DNA of 30,599 bases. It comes from an uncultured Candidatus Saccharibacteria bacterium. GTDB taxonomy: Bacteria; Patescibacteriota; Minisyncoccia; Phycocordibacterales; UBA12079. The notes below the pieces were generated by a model. That model was given only the letters and a program-made list of their open reading frames with translations, did no database searches and was not told where the DNA came from. Made by a program: the position numbers and the translations under genes. Below are positions 1 through 7,160 of this stretch, in pieces (position 1 is the stretch's first letter; each line of letters opens with the position of its first letter). The DNA lies in NCBI GenBank assembly GCA_964383545.1, contig CAYLHD010000004.1, positions 1 through 30,599 of the forward strand, given 5' to 3'.

Positions 1-2
1 GT

Positions 3-140
3 GATATTACTGAAATTAAATATATTAATCCAACAGATTATATAGAATATTTTGATTGGGGAAAGGTTGGAAAACGGATTATCGAAAGAGCTCTTGAATT
101 TAGGAATGATACTAAACATTCTTTGAAAGATTTGGTTTAA
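3..140 (+). CDS. 3' end of an unidentified protein running in from the left edge (...DITEIKYINPTDYIEYFDWGKVGKRIIERALEFRNDTKHSLKDLV*)
   Basis: Open frame from base 3 to TAA at 138-140. A homologous segment at 1791-1853 differs mainly at synonymous positions, which supports this frame being coding. Family not recognised. Confidence 0.65.
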   Translation, partial: DITEIKYINPTDYIEYFDWGKVGKRIIERALEFRNDTKHSLKDLV

Positions 141-189
141 ATAGGTAGTTTAGCTAAATAATTTACCTAATATCTAAAAAGTGAATAAA

Positions 190-218
190 TTGACATATAT
201 TTTATAATATGTTATTTT
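190..218 (+). promoter_or_regulatory. sigma70-type promoter for the small peptide gene
   Basis: TTGACA (190-195), 17 bp spacer, TATTTT (213-218) preceded by TG at 210-211. Confidence 0.55.
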
Positions 219-290
219 ATTTATAGGCAGTGGTAGTTCTTTCGTGGACAATAATGTCCTAAAAAACCCATATAATAAGGAGAAAAATTA

Positions 291-455
291 ATGGGAAAGA
301 AACATGTAAACACTGATAAAGGGAAGTCGTTCCAAAAGTCACATGGTCGTCGAGGAGGATCTACTCCTAAAGACAATAGTGGTGGCCGTGAAAGAAATGT
401 TGGACACGATAAATCCGAGGAACATTCTCGGTCGCCAAAAGGTAATCGTGGATAA
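291..455 (+). CDS. 54-aa Gly/Lys/Arg/Ser-rich small protein (MGKKHVNTDKGKSFQKSHGRRGGSTPKDNSGGRERNVGHDKSEEHSRSPKGNRG), not in the ORF track
   Basis: Translated by hand: ATG 291, TAA 453-455. AAGGAG at 277-282, 8 nt before ATG. Flanked by a promoter and an intrinsic terminator. Confidence 0.75.
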   Translation: MGKKHVNTDKGKSFQKSHGRRGGSTPKDNSGGRERNVGHDKSEEHSRSPKGNRG

Positions 456-479
456 GTATTATTTCTTGTAAATGATAGA

Positions 480-515
480 GAAGGTGTGTTTTAAGGACAC
501 ACCTTCATTTTTTTT
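480..515 (+). terminator. Rho-independent terminator after the small peptide gene
   Basis: GAAGGTGTGT (480-489) pairs with ACACACCTTC (497-506), followed by A and a T run (508-515). Confidence 0.8.
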
Positions 516-523
516 GCTATAAT
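515..523 (+). promoter_or_regulatory. Extended -10 promoter, probably giving a leaderless M16 peptidase mRNA
   Basis: TG-C-TATAAT ending 6 nt before ATG 530; no SD. Confidence 0.55.
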
Positions 524-529
524 TAATTT

Positions 530-1747
530 ATGAAAATAAAAAGTCAAAAATTAGATAATGGGCTAAAAATTGTGTGTGCAGAAACACATGGTTTGAATAA
601 AGCGAGTTTTACTATACTGGTTAAAGCTGGTTCTGTTTATGAAAATAAGAATAATAATGGAATTTTTCATTTAATAGAACATTGTGTTTTCGGTGGGTCA
701 AAAAAGTATTCCAGCGGGGATGATATTGAGAGAAAATTAAATGATTTAAATATTATAGACAATGTAACTACTGATGAGGAGTTTACTAAATATAATTTCA
801 GTTTTCATGCAAAAGATAGTTTAGAAGTTTTAGATTTTTTATTAGAGATTTTGCTAAATTCTATTTTTGATAGTTGTAATATAAAAAAAGAAAAGGAGAT
901 TATTTCAGAAGAAATAAAGGCTGATAAAAATAATAATTATACGATTTTTTATTCAAAAGCGAATGAAATCTTATGTAAAAATACACCTTTATTATTCGAT
1001 TCAATTGGTACAAAGTTTTCTTTAGATAAATTAGATAAAGATGATGTTATCAAAATTTATGAAAAATACTATATTTCCAACAATATAGTAGTTTCATATG
1101 TGGGATCTTTCGAATTTGATAAAATCTTAAAAAAATTAGAAGAATATTTTTTGGAAAGTAAAGATACTAAATTAATAAAATATCCAAAATTTAAACTAAT
1201 TCAAAATAAAAGCAATAAAAGACATTTAATAAAGGTTTCTGATAATTTTAATTTTATTTCCTTATCGTTTCCTGTGAATTATTCTAAGAAAGGTGACGAG
1301 GATTTAGCTTATCTACTTAAATTTATTTTAGATGAAAAACTTAAGAAAGTTTTGATTTTAAAAGAAAAAATAAGTTATGACATAAAAGTTAATTTAATAG
1401 AATTTAATAATTTTGGAATTTTAGATGTAAATTCTAGTTTTAGTAAAATCAATAAGGAAAAGGTAATTAAAGTATTGGAAAAGGAATCTTCAAATTTGAT
1501 AATAACAAAAGAAGAAATGAATGATGCTAAAAATAAGATATTCAGTATTATTGATTTTACTTTAGATGATCCAGCAGATTTGTCTGAATACTTAGCTTAT
1601 AATTTTTCAGATGGTAAGTTAAGAACACCGGAACAAGAAAAAAAAGATTTGGAAAAGATTACACTATTAAAGATGAATAATTTTGCTAAAAAAGTTTTGG
1701 TAAGAAATAAAGGTTATTTATTCTTGTCTGACCCTTTACCTCTCTAA
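530..1747 (+). CDS. M16 family (pitrilysin/M16B-like) zinc metallopeptidase
   Basis: Inverted zinc motif HLIEH (HxxEH) after VKAGSVYE, downstream KKEKEIISEE acidic motif, about 405-aa two-domain size. Confidence 0.88.
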   Translation: MKIKSQKLDNGLKIVCAETHGLNKASFTILVKAGSVYENKNNNGIFHLIEHCVFGGSKKYSSGDDIERKLNDLNIIDNVTTDEEFTKYNFSFHAKDSLEVLDFLLEILLNSIFDSCNIKKEKEIISEEIKADKNNNYTIFYSKANEILCKNTPLLFDSIGTKFSLDKLDKDDVIKIYEKYYISNNIVVSYVGSFEFDKILKKLEEYFLESKDTKLIKYPKFKLIQNKSNKRHLIKVSDNFNFISLSFPVNYSKKGDEDLAYLLKFILDEKLKKVLILKEKISYDIKVNLIEFNNFGILDVNSSFSKINKEKVIKVLEKESSNLIITKEEMNDAKNKIFSIIDFTLDDPADLSEYLAYNFSDGKLRTPEQEKKDLEKITLLKMNNFAKKVLVRNKGYLFLSDPLPL

Positions 1748-1790
1748 AAAATATACTGAATCTCTTGGAGAAATAACTGAATCAATAAAG

Positions 1791-1856
1791 TATTTTAACT
1801 GGGGCAAAGTCGGAGAACGAATCATTGAAAGAGTCTTTGAATTTAGAAATAATTAA
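1791..1856 (+). pseudogene. Remnant homologous to the C-terminus of the left-edge CDS (YFNWGKVGERIIERVFEFRNN*)
   Basis: 49/63 nt and 16/21 aa identical to 48-110. No start codon is available because the frame overlaps the M16 gene end and has a stop at 1701-1703. Confidence 0.6.
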
Positions 1857-2024
1857 CAAGTTGGCTATGCGATAGCCTATGGAGAGGTCAATCTTTTGAT
1901 TAACTCAAAAAGGATGAATAGATCTAAAAAACTTCCAATGTTTGGAGCACTGGGAGACAAAATTTCTGGAAATTCACTCAGAATTGTGTGATAATGGAGT
2001 TTTATTACTTAAAATTAAACTAAA

Positions 2025-3119
2025 ATGCTTTCTATTGGAATCGTAGGACTCCCCAATGTGGGAAAATCAACCTTATTTAATGCTTTGACTGAGAAGCAGG
2101 TTTCGGCTGAGAATTATCCTTTTTGTACTATTGATCCAACTGTGGGCGTAGTATCAGTGCCCGATGAGCGCTTAAATAAATTAACTGAGTTTTCTCAATC
2201 GCAGAAAACTGTACCGGCTGCAATTGAGTTCGTGGATATTGCTGGTTTAGTTAAAGGAGCTCACTCTGGAGAAGGTTTAGGAAATAAATTCCTGGCTAAT
2301 ATTCGTGAGGTAGATGCTATTATAGAGATAGTTAGAATCTTTGAAGATGGTGATGTTATTCATGTAGAAGGTAAGATTGATCCCATGGATGATATTGAGG
2401 TAATTAATTTGGAATTAATTATGGCTGATTTTCAGACTGTTTCAAAGAGGATTGCTAATTTGGAGAAAGACATTAAAAGGCAGGATAAAAAAGCTGTTTT
2501 GGAGAAAGATGTTTTAGTAAAAATTGAAAAAGTTTTGGATGAAGGTCAATTAGCTTCTTCTTTGGAATTATTAAAAGAAGAAACTGAAATTGTTAAAGGA
2601 CTTCATTTGTTAACCATGAAGCCAATTCTATATGTTTTTAATAAAAAAATGGGGGGTAAGAATTTGGATGAGACAGATAATCCAAAATGGTTAGAAGTTG
2701 AGGAGTTTTTAGAAAAGAGTAATTCTAAGTGGATTAAAATTGATGTTCAGATAGAACAGGAGTTAAAAGATTTGCCAGAGGATGAGAGGGAAGAATATAA
2801 GCAGACTTTAGGTGGTACCTGTGATGATGTGGATAGACTTATTCAAAAAGGTTATGAACTATTAGATTTGATGACTTATTTTACCACCGGTGAAGATGAA
2901 TCAAGAGCATGGACAGTAAAAAGAAATTCTACTGCTCCTCAGGCTGGTATGGCGATTCATACTGATTTTAAAGATAAATTTATTAAAGCCGATGTGATTA
3001 ATTGGAAAACTTTACTGCAAGCTGGTTCTCGAGGAAAGGCTAGAGAAGAAGGTTTAATTAGAACAGAAGGGAAGGAATATGTTGTTCAAGACGGAGATGC
3101 AATTGAGTTTAAAATATAG
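2025..3119 (+). CDS. ychF: Redox-regulated ATPase YchF (Obg family)
   Basis: GIVGLPNVGKSTLFNALT, NYPFCTIDP, FVDIAGLVKGA...GEGLGNKFL and C-terminal TGS domain ending EGKEYVVQDGD. Confidence 0.98.
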   Translation: MLSIGIVGLPNVGKSTLFNALTEKQVSAENYPFCTIDPTVGVVSVPDERLNKLTEFSQSQKTVPAAIEFVDIAGLVKGAHSGEGLGNKFLANIREVDAIIEIVRIFEDGDVIHVEGKIDPMDDIEVINLELIMADFQTVSKRIANLEKDIKRQDKKAVLEKDVLVKIEKVLDEGQLASSLELLKEETEIVKGLHLLTMKPILYVFNKKMGGKNLDETDNPKWLEVEEFLEKSNSKWIKIDVQIEQELKDLPEDEREEYKQTLGGTCDDVDRLIQKGYELLDLMTYFTTGEDESRAWTVKRNSTAPQAGMAIHTDFKDKFIKADVINWKTLLQAGSRGKAREEGLIRTEGKEYVVQDGDAIEFKI

Positions 3120-3144
3120 ATTTTTAGTTTATTAACATTATTAC

Positions 3145-3173
3145 TTGACTTGTTGTAACTAGTATTCTATAGT
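3145..3173 (+). promoter_or_regulatory. sigma70-type promoter for the orphan gene at 3240
   Basis: TTGACT (3145-3150), 17 bp, TATAGT (3168-3173). Confidence 0.65.
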
Positions 3174-3239
3174 CTTAATTGGAAGTTAGTTGTGGTTGGT
3201 AGATGTTTAATGTTCTTTTATTTTTGGGAGGAAACAGAA

Positions 3240-3458
3240 ATGACAGAGATTCAATTGCAGACAGGGGATGAATTGAGAGGTAATAGTAGTCATGGTTCTG
3301 TTCATCTATTCAGAGGTGGTGCTGATCTTGGTTTGGTGGGGTCAGGGATGAAACTTATGAGTAATTTAGGTTTTCAAACCTTCTCCAAAGATTTTGCCAA
3401 TAGTTTTGGATCCAGAGTTCGGTCACAGAATGATCCTTGGATCTCTCAGGTCGAATAA
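3240..3458 (+). CDS. 72-aa hypothetical protein (MTEIQLQTGDELRG...PWISQVE)
   Basis: Track ORF 3192-3458, restarted at ATG 3240 because GGAGG (3227-3231) lies 8 nt upstream. Has its own promoter and terminator. Confidence 0.65.
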   Translation: MTEIQLQTGDELRGNSSHGSVHLFRGGADLGLVGSGMKLMSNLGFQTFSKDFANSFGSRVRSQNDPWISQVE

Positions 3459-3469
3459 AGATCTTTTTT

Positions 3470-3505
3470 GGTCTCGTGCATTGTTTTTGCACGAGGCCGT
3501 TTTTT
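3470..3505 (+). terminator. Rho-independent terminator
   Basis: GGTCTCGTGCA (3470-3480) pairs with TGCACGAGGCC (3488-3498) with one G-U, then a T run. Confidence 0.8.
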
Positions 3506-3506
3506 A

Positions 3507-3535
3507 TTGTAATAACAAGATTGGTTTGATATTAT
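3507..3535 (+). promoter_or_regulatory. Probable leuS promoter
   Basis: TTGTAA, 17 bp, TATTAT with TG at 3527-3528. Confidence 0.5.
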
Positions 3536-3565
3536 TGAGGGTAGCTTTAGTTCAATAAATTAACT

Positions 3566-5935
3566 ATGGAAAAATATAATCATAAAAAAATAGAAGCAAA
3601 ATGGCAAAAAACATGGGAAGAAAATCAAGTGGTTAAGATTGATAAAGATGACACAGCCAAAAAATTCTATATGTTGGATATGTTTCCTTACCCTTCTGGA
3701 GAAGGTCTTCACATGGGTCATACTGAGTCTTATACAGCGAGTGATGTTTATACTCGTTTTAAGACAATGCAAGGTTTCAATGTTCTTCATCCACAAGGAT
3801 TTGATGCTTTTGGTTTACCAGCAGAAAACTATGCTATTAAAACAGGGACAGACCCTAAGACAAGTACTGCTCAGAACATTAGTAATTTTATTGGACAGAT
3901 GAAATCTTTAGGGTTACTTTATGATTTTGACGAAAAGGTGGTTACCTATGAACCAGAATATTATAAATGGACGCAATGGTTATTTGGGAAATTTTTTGAA
4001 AATAACTTGGTTTATAAAAAAACTTCTAAAATTAATTGGTGTGAATCTTGCCAAACCGGGATTGCTAATGAACAGGTGGTGGGAGGAGAATGTGAACGTT
4101 GTGGAACTCAAATTGTGCAAAAAGAAATTCCTGGTTGGTTTTTTAAGATTACAGAATTTGCTGATGATTTGATTAATGATTTAGATACAGTGGATTGGCC
4201 AGAACATACCAAGAAAAATCAAAAAAATTGGATTGGGAAATCAGAAGGAGCAAAGCTTAATTTTAAAATAAAAGATGTTGATCAAGAAATTGAAGTTTTT
4301 ACTACTCGTCCTGATACTTTGTTTGGGGCAACCTATATGGTGTTAGCTCCTGAACATCAGTTAATAAAAGATTTAAAAAATAAAATAGGTAATTGGGAAG
4401 AAGTTGAAAAATATATTTCTGAATCACAAAGAAAAACAGAAATGGATAGAATAGAGGGAAAGGAAAAGACAGGTGTTAAGTTAGAAGGGGTTCTGGTTAT
4501 TAATCCAGCGAATCAAGAAGAAATTCCTATTTTTGTGGCTGATTATGTTTTAGCTGGTTATGGAACAGGAGCAATTATGGCTGTACCAGCACATGATGAA
4601 AGAGATTTTGAATTTGCGACTAAGTTTGATTTAAATATAGAAGAAGTTATCTCTGGTGGAGATATAAAAAAAGAAGCTTATTCTGGTGATGGAATTCTGA
4701 TAAACTCTGCTCAATTTGACGGTTTAGAACCAGCTGTGGCTAAGGATAAAATTACAGAATTTGTGGGAGGAGAACTAACTTCTAATTATCGTCTCAGAGA
4801 TTGGTCCATGTCTCGTCAAAGATATTGGGGTTGTCCTATTCCAATTGTTTATTCACCAGAAGGTGAAGCTCAATTGATTCCAGAAGAACACTTACCTTGG
4901 TTATTGCCAACGGATGTAGACTTTGTACCGTCTGGAAAGTCACCTTTAGAGAAATCAAAAGAATTAAGAGAGAGAACAGAAAAGATTTTTGGAAAGGGTT
5001 GGGTGCCTGAGTTTGATACCATGGATACTTTTGTAGATTCTTCTTGGTATTTTTTGAGATATCCTGATGTTCACAATAATGAAGAATTTTGTTCGGAAAA
5101 AAGGAAACAATGGTTACCAGTAGATTTATATATTGGAGGAGCCGAGCATACTTATATGCATCTTTTATTTGCGAGATTTTTTGTAAAAGCTATGCATAGG
5201 ATTGGATTGTTAGATTTTAATGAACCGTTTTTAAAGTTAAGACATCAAGGTATGGTTTTGGATAAGGAAGGTAAGAAGATGAGTAAATCAAAAGGTAACG
5301 TAGTTAACCCTAATGAGATGGTAGAAAGATTTGGTGCTGATTCTGTGAGAATGTATATGTTGTTTGCAGCTCCTTTGGAAGATGAAGTTACTTGGAATGA
5401 AAACAATATTGTTGGTGTGTATCGGTTTTTGGAAAAAGTTCTTTATCAGGCAGATAAATTAGAAACTGAAAGTTCTATTGAAGTTACAAATGCTTTACAC
5501 AAGACTATTAGAAAAGTAGAAAATGATACAACAAACCTCAAATATAATACAGCCATTTCAGAGATGATGAAACTAGTGAATGTGATCAAAGATTCTAAAA
5601 TCTCTAAACAAGATTTTGAAAAGTTTTTGAAGATATTAGCTCCTTTTGCTCCTCATATGACAGAAGAAATTTGGAGTAATTTAGGTCATACAGAATCAAT
5701 ACATCTAGAAGAATGGCCCCTATTTGACGAGAAACTAGCCCAGGACGATGTTTTTACTGTAGCTGTACAAGTAAATGGTAAAGTTCGGTCTAAGGTTGAA
5801 ATAGAGGCTGAAACGTTAGAAGATGAGGTAAAAGAAAGAGCTTTATTGGACCCACATGTCACAAAATGGGTGGGAGAGAATAAGGTAAAAAAGGTGATTT
5901 ATGTAAAGAATAAAATACTGAATATTGTTGTTTAA
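3566..5935 (+). CDS. leuS: Leucine--tRNA ligase
   Basis: MFPYPSGEGLHMGH, CP1 editing motifs FTTRPDTLFG and GTGAIMAVPAHDERD, KMSKS, C-terminal VQVNGKVR domain. Confidence 0.98.
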   Translation: MEKYNHKKIEAKWQKTWEENQVVKIDKDDTAKKFYMLDMFPYPSGEGLHMGHTESYTASDVYTRFKTMQGFNVLHPQGFDAFGLPAENYAIKTGTDPKTSTAQNISNFIGQMKSLGLLYDFDEKVVTYEPEYYKWTQWLFGKFFENNLVYKKTSKINWCESCQTGIANEQVVGGECERCGTQIVQKEIPGWFFKITEFADDLINDLDTVDWPEHTKKNQKNWIGKSEGAKLNFKIKDVDQEIEVFTTRPDTLFGATYMVLAPEHQLIKDLKNKIGNWEEVEKYISESQRKTEMDRIEGKEKTGVKLEGVLVINPANQEEIPIFVADYVLAGYGTGAIMAVPAHDERDFEFATKFDLNIEEVISGGDIKKEAYSGDGILINSAQFDGLEPAVAKDKITEFVGGELTSNYRLRDWSMSRQRYWGCPIPIVYSPEGEAQLIPEEHLPWLLPTDVDFVPSGKSPLEKSKELRERTEKIFGKGWVPEFDTMDTFVDSSWYFLRYPDVHNNEEFCSEKRKQWLPVDLYIGGAEHTYMHLLFARFFVKAMHRIGLLDFNEPFLKLRHQGMVLDKEGKKMSKSKGNVVNPNEMVERFGADSVRMYMLFAAPLEDEVTWNENNIVGVYRFLEKVLYQADKLETESSIEVTNALHKTIRKVENDTTNLKYNTAISEMMKLVNVIKDSKISKQDFEKFLKILAPFAPHMTEEIWSNLGHTESIHLEEWPLFDEKLAQDDVFTVAVQVNGKVRSKVEIEAETLEDEVKERALLDPHVTKWVGENKVKKVIYVKNKILNIVV

Positions 5936-6011
5936 AGTGATTTTTGGCAAGGTGTTGACTTTTTCTGGAAAAAATGCTAAAAATAGGTATATAATAAATA
6001 AATAATAGAAA

Positions 6012-6040
6012 ATAACTGATGGTTTTAAATTATCAGTTAT
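6012..6040. repeat. 9-bp perfect inverted repeat upstream of the sigma4/HTH gene
   Basis: ATAACTGAT (6012-6020), 11 nt, ATCAGTTAT (6032-6040). Confidence 0.6.
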
Positions 6041-6061
6041 GATTATAAAAGATTAAAAAGT

Positions 6062-7087
6062 ATGGCAATTCTTACATTCAATCCGAAACAAATAAATAAA
6101 AAATTTCTACTTGAATTACCTGAAAGATCTCAGGACATTCTTATTCATAGGTACGGGTTGGATAAAGATGCCAAGAAAAACACTCTTGATGCAATCGGAA
6201 AAAAGTATGGTGTGACTAGAGAAAGAGTGAGGCAAATAGAAAATTATTCTCTGAAAAATATTAAGAAATCAGATTTTTTTAAGAGTGCTGAAACAGAAAT
6301 TGTTTTCAAAGAACTTATAGAGGCAATTAAATCATTGGGAGAAGTGGTTGTTGAAAATGATTTATTGAATCATTTATCTAAGGATAAACAGATACAGAAT
6401 AATTTTTTGCTAATGTTAATTTTAGGTGATTCCTTTATTAAGGAAAAAGAAGATTCAGAATTTAAGAGTCGTTGGTTTGTTGATAAGAAACTTTCTAAAG
6501 AAGTTTTAGTTGTTTTAAAGAATTTACATAAAGAATTTGATGAAACTAAACTAGTCCAAGAAGACGAGGTTATTTCTAGTGTTCATAAAAATATTAAATT
6601 TAAAACAAGAGATAAAGAAGATGTTAGACGATGGTTAGCTCTATCAAAAGTAATTGGTAAAAATCCATTTGATGAATGGGGTTTGTCTAAATCTCCAGAT
6701 GTAAAAGTTAAAGGTATTCGTAGTCATGCTTATTTAGTAGTAAGACAGAATGGTTCTCCTATGCATTTTAAAGAGGTTGCCAAGATGATTCAAAAGCATT
6801 TTAATAAGAAAGTTCATGTAGCGACTTGTCATAATGAATTAATTAAGGATAAAAGATTTGTTTTGGTTGGCCGTGGTTTATATGCTTTGTCAGAATGGGG
6901 TTATACTGAAGGAATTGTTAAAGATGTTATAAAATCTATTTTAGAAAAAGAAGGTTCACTTGGTAAAGATGAAATTATAGAAAGAGTTCTAAAAGAGAGG
7001 TACGTTAAAGGTAATACTGTTGCTGTAAATTTACAAAACTCTGATTTCTTTAAGAAAAATGAGGACGGAACCTATTCTCTCCTTTAA
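6062..7087 (+). CDS. Sigma-70 region 4-like HTH protein with C-terminal HARE-HTH / RNA polymerase delta-like winged-helix domain(s)
   Basis: TLDAIGKKYGVTRERVRQIE matches sigma region 4.2. PMHFKEVA...HNELIKDKRFVLVGRGLYALSEW resembles HARE-HTH. No sigma region 2 recognised. Confidence 0.75.
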   Translation: MAILTFNPKQINKKFLLELPERSQDILIHRYGLDKDAKKNTLDAIGKKYGVTRERVRQIENYSLKNIKKSDFFKSAETEIVFKELIEAIKSLGEVVVENDLLNHLSKDKQIQNNFLLMLILGDSFIKEKEDSEFKSRWFVDKKLSKEVLVVLKNLHKEFDETKLVQEDEVISSVHKNIKFKTRDKEDVRRWLALSKVIGKNPFDEWGLSKSPDVKVKGIRSHAYLVVRQNGSPMHFKEVAKMIQKHFNKKVHVATCHNELIKDKRFVLVGRGLYALSEWGYTEGIVKDVIKSILEKEGSLGKDEIIERVLKERYVKGNTVAVNLQNSDFFKKNEDGTYSLL

Positions 7088-7117
7088 TCAACAATTTAAT
7101 TGTTTTTATATACAGTT

Positions 7118-7142
7118 AGGGGTTTTCTTGTAAACCCCTTTT
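7118..7142 (+). terminator. Possible intrinsic terminator
   Basis: AGGGGTTT (7118-7125) pairs with AAACCCCT (7132-7139); the T tail is short. Confidence 0.45.
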
Positions 7143-7160
7143 ATAGTAAAATATATACTA

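Noticed and set aside
1857-1991. Continuation of the remnant frame past TAA 1854-1856 (possible readthrough) and the 25-aa ORF 1914-1991
   Set aside because: The continuation shows no similarity to the first copy's C-terminus and has no usable SD or promoter spacing.
3560-4172. Track ORFs 3560-3796 (-), 3639-3902 (+) and 3921-4172 (+)
   Set aside because: Shadow or alternate-frame ORFs inside leuS with no motifs or start signals.
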